Positions 40,061-50,054 of a stretch of DNA of 64,000 nucleotides are shown here, piece after piece. The notes below the pieces were generated by a model. It was not told where the DNA came from. It made no database searches and saw only the letters and a list, made by a program, of their open reading frames with translations. Every line of letters begins with the position of its first letter. The first letter of the stretch is position 1. The position numbers were made by a program, and so were the translations under genes. The stretch is from a virus (lineage: Duplodnaviria > Caudoviricetes), in the IMG/VR virus record IMGVR_UViG_3300031992_000007, positions 64,001 through 128,000 of that record; one strand, given 5' to 3'.

Positions 40061-41878
40061 ATGGCTGAGTCCAATGAACAAACCCCCGTGAAGCCGGCAG
40101 AACCTATTGCCGTCGATGTAGATGCTGCCGTGGACGAATCGGCCGGTGTTGTGTCGACCGAACCTACTCCGGCTCCTATCATTCCCCCGTCCGGAGATGC
40201 ACCTGCAACCACAGTTGAAGATTTGTTCCGTGCTGGAGAAGAAGAACGTGCCAAGCAGGAAGCTGCCCAGCAGACCGGAGCTAGTACTAGCGAAGCACCT
40301 GACCTTCCTGCAGCTGAGGCCCCGGCAAAAGAAGCTGCTCCCTCCGCTGAAGAACAGCCTGTTCCTCAGGCTAAACCCGCAGAATCTCCAGCCGAATCGC
40401 CGGCAGCACCAGCTGCCGAACCTAAGTCTTCTGTAGAAGATGAAGACGTCTTCGGCGAGGAAACTGAGGACGATGATGATGAACCTTTCGATGATATTCC
40501 TACCGACCTCAAGGTGAACTCCATCCTTCTGGACAACATCGATGTTGCCCTCCAGGATATTCGCGCTACGTACAAGACAGCCAAGGAGTTCGATGCTGCT
40601 CAGAACGACCCAACCTCCAAGCTGAGCAAGTACATGACAGCTGCTCTGCATGGTTGGCCCACGGGCAAGCGCAACTTCCTTATCCCTGTTATCAAGGGAA
40701 TCGAGGGTAACCTCGTCAAGCAGGCTGAAGCAGGAGTCCAGCCCATTGTTGATGGTCGTCCTACCATCACTCATAAGCGTGGAGTTAACCTCAGTGGTAA
40801 GGAAGCCACTCTCGTTCTCCAGAGCTGCCTTGGCGGTCTGCATCGTGTGTGCCTGCTCAACTCTGGTTTCTGGGTGCTTCTCCGTGCTCCTGGTATGGAT
40901 GAACTCAATGAGCTCTTCAACACAATCGATGCTGAAGGTAAGGAACTCGGTCGCTCGCTCGGTGCGCACTACGCACTCATCTCTGACATGTACATCAAGA
41001 AGCGTTTCTTGGATATGCTCATCAAGAAGAGGATCATCCAGGATTCGAACTTCAAGGATATCTTCGAGAAGGATGCATTCAATCGCGTTCTGTCGTTCAA
41101 TGACTACGACGCCCTTATGCACGGCATCCTGTCCATGTGCACCCGTCAGGGTCTGCGTCTGCAGCTTTACTGTCCGAAGTGCCACGAGGAGTCCACTGCG
41201 ACGAACATGGACATCAGCGCTTGCAAGTTCATCAACCGCAACTTGCTCACTGACAGCATGATCGACCACTGGAACAGGAAGCGTGATGCCAAGGGTCAGC
41301 GTATCATCCACACTCGTGATGATCTCCAGAAGTATCAGGAGATGCTCCCTGTGCAGACTGAGACGATTACCCAGGTTGTCGATATGGGTCTGAATAAGAC
41401 GAAGATTGAACTGGTTCTCTCTGTTCCGTCCTTCGCTCGTTTCTTCCGTGTTGGTGACAAACTCATTGCTGCCATCAACCAGACGATCAACAACATCGCC
41501 AAGGGTAACGAGGCTAAGGAGGAACTGGTTCGTGACTCTCTCGAGATTCACGGTTACCAGCTCATTGCTCCTTGGGTCAAGACGCTCAAGGTCTTCGAGA
41601 ATGAAACCGATACTGAACCAATGATGATCACTGAGGATACCGATGTTATCTTGGATTACCTTGACAGCATCGTTCAGCAGGATCTCACTCTCGATACGAT
41701 CAAGGTGCTTAACGACTTCGTCCAGAAGACTCGTATCACCTACATCGGAACGTTCTCGCTCGACTGCCCGTACTGCCACGCGAAGCCCGATACGGATGGA
41801 ATGAATTTCTACCCGATCGATGTGCACACCGTTTTTTTCGGCCAGTGCTTCCGGTTGTTTCAGAAGGGTTCGAAATAA
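40061..41878 (+). CDS. conserved phiKZ-like protein, possibly baseplate hub assembly, with two CxxC pairs
   Basis: P/A/E-rich N-terminus; LLNSGFWV motif; CPKC and CPYC. Confidence 0.6.
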   Translation: MAESNEQTPVKPAEPIAVDVDAAVDESAGVVSTEPTPAPIIPPSGDAPATTVEDLFRAGEEERAKQEAAQQTGASTSEAPDLPAAEAPAKEAAPSAEEQPVPQAKPAESPAESPAAPAAEPKSSVEDEDVFGEETEDDDDEPFDDIPTDLKVNSILLDNIDVALQDIRATYKTAKEFDAAQNDPTSKLSKYMTAALHGWPTGKRNFLIPVIKGIEGNLVKQAEAGVQPIVDGRPTITHKRGVNLSGKEATLVLQSCLGGLHRVCLLNSGFWVLLRAPGMDELNELFNTIDAEGKELGRSLGAHYALISDMYIKKRFLDMLIKKRIIQDSNFKDIFEKDAFNRVLSFNDYDALMHGILSMCTRQGLRLQLYCPKCHEESTATNMDISACKFINRNLLTDSMIDHWNRKRDAKGQRIIHTRDDLQKYQEMLPVQTETITQVVDMGLNKTKIELVLSVPSFARFFRVGDKLIAAINQTINNIAKGNEAKEELVRDSLEIHGYQLIAPWVKTLKVFENETDTEPMMITEDTDVILDYLDSIVQQDLTLDTIKVLNDFVQKTRITYIGTFSLDCPYCHAKPDTDGMNFYPIDVHTVFFGQCFRLFQKGSK

Positions 41879-42303
41879 AGAACTATCTAGAGGACACGAT
41901 GCACTTTAGGACAGCTTTGATGTCTGTCATTGCTGGAGTGGGTGACGTGTCCAATGGCGTACTGAAAGACTTTGTCCTGCGAACTGCGTTCGCTAAAGAT
42001 CTCGGTTGGTGGGACAAAGTCATGTCTGAGTTCAAAGTAACTGAGAAGTTCCATAGGTTCGAGGTAGTTAACCATGAAGGTGAAGCGGTGGGGGTTGATC
42101 ACCTCACCGCCTTACCTTTTGAACGCGCTTTGGATCTGTGTGGATACGATGTGACTAACGCCAACCTCGGGTTAGGTCTAATGGACCTAATGAAACTAGA
42201 CGTTGCATCCTTCAACCGAGTAGAACAATGGGTGCACAAGTACGCCGAAGAACAACGGAAGCGAATGCCCAAACAGCTAAAAGAAGAAATGGGAGGTAAA
42301 TAA
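41845..42303 (+). CDS. hypothetical protein
   Basis: Fills the gap between the 605-aa gene and the chaperonin; start uncertain. Confidence 0.6.
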   Translation: MLPVVSEGFEIKNYLEDTMHFRTALMSVIAGVGDVSNGVLKDFVLRTAFAKDLGWWDKVMSEFKVTEKFHRFEVVNHEGEAVGVDHLTALPFERALDLCGYDVTNANLGLGLMDLMKLDVASFNRVEQWVHKYAEEQRKRMPKQLKEEMGGK

Positions 42304-42305
42304 AC

Positions 42306-44246
42306 ATGTCAGAAGCAGAAGTTCCCCCGTACTCGAAAGCCATTCTCAATGCCAACCGAGGAGTGACTAACATAATCGAGGCGGATGTCATTCGAGATGA
42401 TCTGATCAAAGTGATCGACAAACTCTTCAATACTCTCAAGAAGCACTACGGACCTCTTAGTGAGTTCGCAGCTCTTGACAGTAGAGATCCTCTGTCCAAA
42501 ACCAAGTTCACTAAGGATGGTATCAACATCGTTCGTGCTATCGAGTTCACTTCTCCTCAGGAGGACTGGATCCGCAAGACGGTAGCCTTCATCGGTGAGC
42601 GAGTCGAAGCATCTGTTGGCGATGGTACGACATCAGCGATGATGTTCACCTGCGCTATGATGAAGCGCATGATGCAGTCCATTGATAAACTTCGCCCGAT
42701 TTCTTACATCGAGCTTCAGCAGAAGTTTATGAATCTGGTGTACGACATCGAGGACAACATCAAGTTGGTGACCTACGGACCAAAGGTTGACGGAGAGGTC
42801 GATAGTAATCGAGTCCACCAAATCGTCTACAACCAGGTGTATACCGCTTCACACGGTGATGTTGAGTTGGCCAAGGCTGTTGCTGAGCTGTATGACTCAA
42901 CACCTGAGGAACTGTGGGACAAGATGATCTACGAACGTCTGACCTACGAGTCGGACAAGAGATTCGATGTTGTCTACACTGGCGGTCAGTATCAGATGCC
43001 ATGTGAAGTCATGATGAACGGAATGTTGAACCAGGAGTTCTGCTCCAGGTACGATCACGAGCACTGCACGTTCGTGGTTATGAACAACCCGATCATGATG
43101 GACACGGATGCGTATCAGTACGTCATCGATACGATCGAGTCGGATGAAGTTAGCAAGGATAAGCCCCTTGTAATACTCTGTCACTCGAACATCGATACAG
43201 CCACTTATCAGGACCTAATAGCCAGGCTGAACGAGTATGTTACTCGCGATAAACCTGTTGTCATCTTCTACGTCAATACAACGATGGGTGATTGGAATCC
43301 TGAGGTGAACGACTTCCGTACACTTCAGCTTCTCTGTGGAATGGAGATTACCAAACTTCGTCGTACACAGAACAGGAATGAGTTGGTTATCGTCAAGGAT
43401 GTCCATGTGTCCTGGACGAACAAGACCCTTGTTCTTGATCACCTCTACGAAGTTCCTGAAGAGTGGAAAGACGAACCTCGTCGTCACATGGCTATCGACG
43501 GCAAGCACATGCAGTATACGGACTACCTGGCTGCAGTCAAGAAGTACGCCGAAGCATACGCCAAGCTCCCTGCCAACAAGAGCAACAAGGAGATGACGAC
43601 TCTCATGTACAGGACTTATGCCAAGCTGATGTATACCAAGCTCGGTTGCATCCGCATCGGTGGTTCTGTCCATGACAATGTGGCTCTCTTGGATATCGTG
43701 GATGACTGTGTAAGAGCTTCCTCTAGGGCACTCTGCAAAGGTATCACCTTCGGTAACAACAGGTCTCTGTACATCATCCTTAAGGAGTTCGAGGATATCG
43801 AGAAGTACGACCGCGTTCGTTCGTGGTTGATCTCGAACATGATCGCTGCTCTTGAGGATATGGCCGTTGCTCAGATGGAGTTGATCTTCCCTGGTGAGAA
43901 ATTCAGCAAACGCAGGAAACGTCAGTTCGTAGAGACCTGGTACACTCACGCGATCAACGTCATTGGTCTCTTTGACAAGTTGCACGATGATGATGCGGAT
44001 CAATTCGATCCTCTTGTGGATCTGAGTGAGACTAACTTGGTTAATAAGCTGGCAGACGCCCTGGTGTCTACCATGGACTTCCAGGAACTCCTCACCGATC
44101 CTCTTATTACCCAGCCTGCTGATACCGACATTTCTATGCTCAAGCGTTTTGGAGAAGTTGCTCTCAAATTTGCTCTCTCTGGGAGAATCATAGTGAGCAA
44201 TTCTGCCTACGTGAATGATAATGAAAGGAAGGCAGGTAAGAAATGA
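42306..44246 (+). CDS. GroEL-like phage chaperonin
   Basis: YGP, TKDGINIV, GDGTTSA ATP-binding motifs; IRIGG...DDCV. Confidence 0.85.
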   Translation: MSEAEVPPYSKAILNANRGVTNIIEADVIRDDLIKVIDKLFNTLKKHYGPLSEFAALDSRDPLSKTKFTKDGINIVRAIEFTSPQEDWIRKTVAFIGERVEASVGDGTTSAMMFTCAMMKRMMQSIDKLRPISYIELQQKFMNLVYDIEDNIKLVTYGPKVDGEVDSNRVHQIVYNQVYTASHGDVELAKAVAELYDSTPEELWDKMIYERLTYESDKRFDVVYTGGQYQMPCEVMMNGMLNQEFCSRYDHEHCTFVVMNNPIMMDTDAYQYVIDTIESDEVSKDKPLVILCHSNIDTATYQDLIARLNEYVTRDKPVVIFYVNTTMGDWNPEVNDFRTLQLLCGMEITKLRRTQNRNELVIVKDVHVSWTNKTLVLDHLYEVPEEWKDEPRRHMAIDGKHMQYTDYLAAVKKYAEAYAKLPANKSNKEMTTLMYRTYAKLMYTKLGCIRIGGSVHDNVALLDIVDDCVRASSRALCKGITFGNNRSLYIILKEFEDIEKYDRVRSWLISNMIAALEDMAVAQMELIFPGEKFSKRRKRQFVETWYTHAINVIGLFDKLHDDDADQFDPLVDLSETNLVNKLADALVSTMDFQELLTDPLITQPADTDISMLKRFGEVALKFALSGRIIVSNSAYVNDNERKAGKK

Positions 44247-44650
44247 GTTCATCTACAAATGTGACGATCAATGGCATCGTCTGTGTCAAAGAGCTGGAAG
44301 TCTCCTTTAAGACCAAGAGTCGTGTTGACTCTCAGACCTACTACGGAACTATCGTCGGTACTGTGAACTTTGATGTCGCCGCTAACTTCGACGACATCAT
44401 CGCTATTCACAAGAACATGGTTGCTTCTGTAGCCAAGTCTGAAGTGACGACTCAGGAGTTCCTTCTTGTCAAGACACGTGATGGTGCTACGAGGCCCTTC
44501 GCGGTGAATTGGATCGACGCTGAAACGTTTGAACGAGTTGATGCTCAGTCTGACGCAGTTATCGTCATCCACAGAATCACTGAGGAAAAGCTGATAGAGA
44601 TCATGACTGAGATCAGAGGTCTTGGTTACGAAGTCGAGAAACGCAGCTAA
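44243..44650 (+). CDS. hypothetical protein (possible SH3-like fold)
   Basis: 135 aa overlapping the chaperonin stop; bidirectional terminator at about 44670-44698. Confidence 0.7.
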   Translation: MSSSTNVTINGIVCVKELEVSFKTKSRVDSQTYYGTIVGTVNFDVAANFDDIIAIHKNMVASVAKSEVTTQEFLLVKTRDGATRPFAVNWIDAETFERVDAQSDAVIVIHRITEEKLIEIMTEIRGLGYEVEKRS

Positions 44651-44708
44651 CGAAAAAATAAGTTGGTTACCTAGGGCTGCCAGTGCGGCAGCCCTAGGAT
44701 GTTGGTCT

Positions 44709-45926
44709 TTATTTCAACTCAGGGTTGAGATCCTTCATTACAGAAGACATCTTTGACTGGATGACACGAGCGTCCCTATCAAGAGTGGTAGAGACACGCA
44801 TCAGTTTGGTTACGATGGTTCCGAAGATGTTGGTCAATGTTGTGAAGTTCCGGAGGGTCACCTGTTTACGCAGGTATTCGGGATCCTCGTTATCTACATT
44901 CACATTGGCTGTCATCTGACGAACATCACTTTCTATCTTCCGTTTGACAGAATCAAGAAGTTTCTGTTTGTCGTCAAGACTCTTCACAGTGTCGTACGCA
45001 AGCTGAGATGCAACACCAAGCTGTTTGAGATAGTGCTCTTGTTGTGGTTTATCAAAGCTGGAATACCCAAATTTGATTACAGGAATCTGATCCCCACTCT
45101 CGCAGACAGGAGCAAACTGGATACCCATGTTGTCCGAGGCCACGAACATGAAACCGTTGTGCTTCATGTCCGGAGGTACTTTGAACTCAGGATGATCTTT
45201 GGAAGTTACCCACCAGGTCTGCAAGACTTGGATCACACAGCCGCGAGATCCTTCGATCTCTCGAGAGATAGCTTCCTGGAGTTGCTTACCAAGAGGGGAG
45301 TTGGTAATGTCATACATTATACTACCCATCTGGACAACTATATCCGAAAGCGCAGCATAGCTCTTGATGATCGGGATGATAGCATCAGGATCCTTCTGGG
45401 AGATATCGGCGAAGCAATACTTCACAGCAGCTTCAGTTTGACCTCCGTTCTTCTCCATGAGATCAACAACCTTTCTGTAGGTTGTCTCAAGTTCACCTTT
45501 CGGACGACCCTGGTGTACCCAGAGTCCCATGATCCACACAAGGGCTTTCTTAATCTTGACGTAGAATGCTTTGATCCATTCCCAGACAGCCTTGGCCCAC
45601 TTCTTGATGGTGTCAATAATGGCACCTTCACAAGCAGCTTGCTTGGCCTCATCTCCACCGAAGAACTTGGGCATCTCAACATCAACAACAGCCATGAAGT
45701 TGTTGTCTCTATTGATGATGTCAAACCACTCGGTGGAATAACCAGCAGTTTTGAGAGAGTCCTTCGCCAAGGTCAGCTCATCGATAAGATGCATGCAGCC
45801 CTGGATCTTCTGACTGAGTTCTGTGAGTTCGCCCATAAGCTGGGCATTCTCAGTAACTGCATCCAGTCTCCTCAGCTCCTCAGTCTGTTCGTATGCTCCG
45901 ACCAGATTTGATGCAACAAGTTTCAT
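44709..45926 (-). CDS. probable internal head protein
   Basis: ACE-GAIIDTIKKWAKAVWEWIK: putative A-x-E protease site followed by an amphipathic helix, typical of phiKZ head paralogs. Confidence 0.6.
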   Translation of the reverse strand: MKLVASNLVGAYEQTEELRRLDAVTENAQLMGELTELSQKIQGCMHLIDELTLAKDSLKTAGYSTEWFDIINRDNNFMAVVDVEMPKFFGGDEAKQAACEGAIIDTIKKWAKAVWEWIKAFYVKIKKALVWIMGLWVHQGRPKGELETTYRKVVDLMEKNGGQTEAAVKYCFADISQKDPDAIIPIIKSYAALSDIVVQMGSIMYDITNSPLGKQLQEAISREIEGSRGCVIQVLQTWWVTSKDHPEFKVPPDMKHNGFMFVASDNMGIQFAPVCESGDQIPVIKFGYSSFDKPQQEHYLKQLGVASQLAYDTVKSLDDKQKLLDSVKRKIESDVRQMTANVNVDNEDPEYLRKQVTLRNFTTLTNIFGTIVTKLMRVSTTLDRDARVIQSKMSSVMKDLNPELK

Positions 45927-47513
45927 TTATTTAGATCCTTTACGTTTTTGTGCCAGAGCCTGAAGCTTCATTCCATAGAAGTGGATCATGTTGTTGCTCA
46001 GTCTCTGAATGTCGTCAAGAAGGTTGTCAAGCTCACGGGAGATCCGCCCATGAACGATACAGTCGAAGATACCAGGGATGGAGATGTACGAGTTAAATGT
46101 CTCGTAACCTTTAATAACTTTGGCCATGTATTCATCATACTGACTGCAGTTATCGATCTTCTCCTTGATAACCTCGATGTCGTCCATATACTTACGGACC
46201 AGTTCAGGATCCGCAGAGTTGGCTTTGAGTTGCTGAATCGAGAGTGCCATCAGTTCCTTGAACCTCTGACATCCAGCAGGATAGAGACTATAGCTCCAAT
46301 CACCACAAATAAGCGGTGCGTACACAAGCAGTTTCATCTTGTCGAGGATGCTTATGTTCTTGTGAAGCCTCTCTATTGCATTGATTTTCTCGATCTCCTC
46401 CTCACTCTTACCAATACGGTTGAACAGCTGTCCAAGTTTGGTAAGCGCACTGACTTGGTCTGACCCATAGCCGTGCGAGAAAGCGTACTCATCAGCTTTA
46501 CGCTCCTGCCAGGTAACCATCCTTCCGTTAGCACGGAGATCACCGAATTTCTTCTTCTGATCGGATGCTTTGTACTTGGAATTAGCCTGGGTACCGAACA
46601 GCATCTGGGCTGGAATAGCTATCGCATCGAAGATGATGTAGATGACAGCCATGATGAGTCCACCAATGAGTTTCTTCTTGGTAGGAGGATCCCCAGCAGC
46701 TCCAGCCTTAGCGAAGTCAGCTTCGAACCTCAACGCAAGAGCATTGACTTTCTTGGCAGCATCTTCGTTACCACGGAGTTTCATTACCGCAGCTGCTTCC
46801 TTAGCCAGACTTACAGCACCCTTGTAGTCTGTATCGTGAGCAGCCATGTAAGCGGCACTCAGATAGTTGAAGGTAGCGGTTCTGGCATACAGGTCTGCAC
46901 AGTGCTCAACGAGAGTAAGAGTGTGCCCTATCTCGTGAAGGACAATAGCCGTGATCTCTCTAGCAGTGAAGTTGTTAACACCACTGCCTTTAGGGAGGAA
47001 GTCAGCCATCAAGAAACCTGTACGGATATCGAATCCGATAACAGAAGTGACGAGCTGTTTGATCTTATCGCGATCTTCCTTCTTGATAGATCCAGATATC
47101 TTGTCGTAGCTGCTAGCCAAAGTCACAAGATCCTTGGCAGACAACTCATCTGGGATATTCGTGTGCCAATACTTCTCAGTATAGCCACCATTGAGAATGT
47201 TCTCGATCTGAAGGGTGCCAGCACCACTTCCGGAACCACCGAAGGTCATCCAGGTGCAGAAGCCACTGTCCCACAGTTCGACGTATCTAACCTCCGAGAT
47301 CCAGAGACCAGTATACCTCCAAGTAAGGTCCATGAACTTCTTCGCGCAGTTGTTGTGGAAGAACTCTTTGACCTTCTTGTAACGAATGCGGTAGTCCAGG
47401 TTAGCAAGTTCCTTGTCACGGTAGTCTATAACAGACTGCCAGAGAGCATCGAGCTCTTTTCCGAACTTGCTTTGGACGGTAGCCTGCATAGCCTCAAGAG
47501 CTAATTTAAACAT
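45927..47513 (-). CDS. virion-associated zinc metallopeptidase-like protein (HExxH)
   Basis: EITAIVLHEIGH and ERKADEYA; N-terminal ALE site; start MFKLALE with RBS GGAG. Confidence 0.75.
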   Translation of the reverse strand: MFKLALEAMQATVQSKFGKELDALWQSVIDYRDKELANLDYRIRYKKVKEFFHNNCAKKFMDLTWRYTGLWISEVRYVELWDSGFCTWMTFGGSGSGAGTLQIENILNGGYTEKYWHTNIPDELSAKDLVTLASSYDKISGSIKKEDRDKIKQLVTSVIGFDIRTGFLMADFLPKGSGVNNFTAREITAIVLHEIGHTLTLVEHCADLYARTATFNYLSAAYMAAHDTDYKGAVSLAKEAAAVMKLRGNEDAAKKVNALALRFEADFAKAGAAGDPPTKKKLIGGLIMAVIYIIFDAIAIPAQMLFGTQANSKYKASDQKKKFGDLRANGRMVTWQERKADEYAFSHGYGSDQVSALTKLGQLFNRIGKSEEEIEKINAIERLHKNISILDKMKLLVYAPLICGDWSYSLYPAGCQRFKELMALSIQQLKANSADPELVRKYMDDIEVIKEKIDNCSQYDEYMAKVIKGYETFNSYISIPGIFDCIVHGRISRELDNLLDDIQRLSNNMIHFYGMKLQALAQKRKGSK

Positions 47514-47654
47514 ACCGAAATCTCCATTAAAAGACGGGTTATAGTATGGATTCAAACAAAAAAGAAAGGCAGGACCGGTCCCTTTTCGGGGACCGGTCTG
47601 CTGAAAGAACTAGTTGTTACAGAACCGATGACCATCTGAATAAGTTTGACCAAA

Positions 47655-47717
47655 TTAAAGCAGCACAATAGCCGCTTTGCCGCCAGTCCAGGCAGCCAGA
47701 ATAGCCACGATCAACAT
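47655..47717 (-). CDS. 20-aa hydrophobic micropeptide MLIVAILAAWTGGKAAIVLL
   Basis: RBS GAAAGGA, own promoter at 47753-47782, terminator at about 47573-47598. Confidence 0.55.
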   Translation of the reverse strand: MLIVAILAAWTGGKAAIVLL

Positions 47718-47783
47718 TTCGATATTTCCTTTCATTGCTTAGTTGCAACTAAGTAATATATCGACATGCAAATTCGATTAACA

Positions 47784-48794
47784 CTAGCTCCTAATGAACT
47801 CATCGAACTTCCTAGCGAATGTTTTATCGACCATTCCATTATCCTCCATCAACTTCAGAGCCTGAGAGTGAATGGCTTTGAGTACATTCGTCGTCCCAGT
47901 CGTCCTGTTGTTGATGATGGCTATGGAATTTCCGATGATTCTAGTCAGTCGGAGTTTGAGGGCGATGACCTTCTGCAAGTCCCTGACGTTATCGACAGAA
48001 GTGTTGGCGTTCATCGAATCAGCAATACGCTTCTCGAGGACCTTGATTTCCTTTTCCAGGTTAGTCTTGGTTTCTTTGAGCGTCTCAACTCCCGATAGAG
48101 AGTTGATGTGTTCGTCAACACACTTCTGAAGACCGCTGAGAGTCCAACCAGCCTGAGCGAAGCTGTTCCACCTTCTACCAGATATCTGAGCACACAGATC
48201 CGTGAACTGATCGTTCTGAACCTTAATGGCTCCGACACTGGAGAACTGAGCAAGCAGATCATCTACTGACTGATGATCTGTGCAAGCAGCACAGAACTTG
48301 ATCAGGTTGATGAGGTGCTTACTCTTCTGGATAACACTTATCGTGTCTGTCTGAGAGATAACTGCACAGGGAATCGATTCGAATTTCTTGACTATATCAG
48401 GACGGCTAGCAAGAAGAACGAGATGTTTCGTGATACCAAGGAATTGCTTCCTAGACCTGTAGTGTTTGTCAAACAGAGTCTTGAAGATATCGACGATGAA
48501 CTCGTAGATCTTGATGATAGCATTCTTGAGGCCAGCCAGGATCTTCTTGATGAAAGCGACTACACCACTAGAGTTCTCTCCCTTACCACCGATGTTGATA
48601 GTCAACCCTTCGGCGCAGATGGCAGAATACTTCGTGACATAGTCAAGGACTTCCTGAGGAATCTCCTCATCCCTGTCAAGCATGTTGACCCTCTGAAGCA
48701 TTTCGGAACAATGCTCGTACTCGTCGAGTTTGAGGTTTAAGGAGTAGAGCAGATTCGAAATTACCGCAGTGCTGTCACTTACGTTACAAACCAT
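47784..48794 (-). CDS. probable internal head protein
   Basis: CAEG followed by amphipathic FIKKILAGLKNAIIKIYEFIVDIF helix, similar layout to 44709-45926. Confidence 0.6.
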   Translation of the reverse strand: MVCNVSDSTAVISNLLYSLNLKLDEYEHCSEMLQRVNMLDRDEEIPQEVLDYVTKYSAICAEGLTINIGGKGENSSGVVAFIKKILAGLKNAIIKIYEFIVDIFKTLFDKHYRSRKQFLGITKHLVLLASRPDIVKKFESIPCAVISQTDTISVIQKSKHLINLIKFCAACTDHQSVDDLLAQFSSVGAIKVQNDQFTDLCAQISGRRWNSFAQAGWTLSGLQKCVDEHINSLSGVETLKETKTNLEKEIKVLEKRIADSMNANTSVDNVRDLQKVIALKLRLTRIIGNSIAIINNRTTGTTNVLKAIHSQALKLMEDNGMVDKTFARKFDEFIRS

Positions 48795-48813
48795 AATGTT
48801 TCTACCTCCTTAT

Positions 48814-50031
48814 TTAACCACAGCAGGGATCTTCAGCACAATCACAGCCACACGGACAGCAGTCCCGTGTCTGTCCAGTCTTTTCCATATGCCGTCTAGC
48901 ATATTCCGACAGATGACGAAGTTTCACCCTCTCAAGAGCGATCTCGTATTTCACGAACATCTTGACTGCAGACGAAGTTGCCGGGAACAGAGATGTAAGG
49001 TAATGCTTGATCATCTTCTGGTCCCAGTGATGCATCGGGAGGCAGTCGATTTCGTCGTTGTACATGCTGAGCATGTTCATCCTGCCATTATGTCCCAGCA
49101 TGAACGAAGCAAGCGGAGACATCTTGGAGCATAAGTCAACAGTGTGATCTACTGAGGACATACGGAGGTTGTGCTGATCACGAACTCCGTAGAACGGCTC
49201 ATCGTACCTGCAACCACGTTCACGACCCACCTCAGCCATCTTGGCATACTCGTGGACAGTAAAGATGTTGGAAGCAGCGACATAGCCATTCTTGTAGTCC
49301 AGGACAAGCAGAACATCAATCAGGTTGCACAGAGCATCCCACACGAATTTGTTAGGCAGCTTGCGAGACAATTGGAATTCTCCAGTGACTCGGCGAGCGA
49401 TGCTCCTGAGTCGGCAAATCGTGTTAGCCTGCTTTGGTGTCACTGCATCGAAACCATATTTCCGCCAGATGTCAGTCTGAGCCATGTGGTTGTACTCAGC
49501 CAGCTTAGCCCGACGATCGTTGGTAATGGTGAGCGACTCGTTGATGATAACTGCCCTGAGGGAGTCAATGACCGGACGATGGTCAATGAGCTCAGCCTCA
49601 TTGGTAATATTAGCAGTGTCGAGAATATCCCGAACCTTCTTTGGAAGTGCGTCGATCCTAGTTCCCCACCCGTCACAGGGTGAGTAAAGTTCACCATAAT
49701 CACAGCCACTGTACAGAAGTGCACAAACTTCGTGGAAGAGCACTGCCATTCCGTAGTCGTACGTCATCTTCCTGAGTCCAGTAGGGATATTCAGGAGAGT
49801 GTCCTTCTTATTAAGCGCAGCACTGTGCCAGTCCTCATGAGTGGACCTTTCCAGGTCACTCATCACACATTCCTTAAGACCCGAGTTGTCGCAACAAACC
49901 AGATACATAAGGACTGCGTCGTCCTTGACTGATTCCCCGACTTCACGCAGTACATCAACAGCGGCGATGTTTCTTGCCAACTGTAGCCTAGAATCGACAG
50001 GCACTAGTGGCCAACTGAAGTTATAATCCAT
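48814..50031 (-). CDS. probable virion protein with Cys-rich C-terminus
   Basis: 405 aa in the structural operon; ends CCPCGCDCAEDPCCG. Confidence 0.65.
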   Translation of the reverse strand: MDYNFSWPLVPVDSRLQLARNIAAVDVLREVGESVKDDAVLMYLVCCDNSGLKECVMSDLERSTHEDWHSAALNKKDTLLNIPTGLRKMTYDYGMAVLFHEVCALLYSGCDYGELYSPCDGWGTRIDALPKKVRDILDTANITNEAELIDHRPVIDSLRAVIINESLTITNDRRAKLAEYNHMAQTDIWRKYGFDAVTPKQANTICRLRSIARRVTGEFQLSRKLPNKFVWDALCNLIDVLLVLDYKNGYVAASNIFTVHEYAKMAEVGRERGCRYDEPFYGVRDQHNLRMSSVDHTVDLCSKMSPLASFMLGHNGRMNMLSMYNDEIDCLPMHHWDQKMIKHYLTSLFPATSSAVKMFVKYEIALERVKLRHLSEYARRHMEKTGQTRDCCPCGCDCAEDPCCG

Positions 50032-50054
50032 AGTGCTTTACCTCCTAGGTTAAG

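Noticed and set aside
40013-41827. Long antisense ORFs (also 732-1487, 43215-44252, 54948-56351, 56481-57830, 60263-61381 and others)
   Set aside because: They are shadows of strongly codon-biased sense genes, with no RBS or recognisable motifs.
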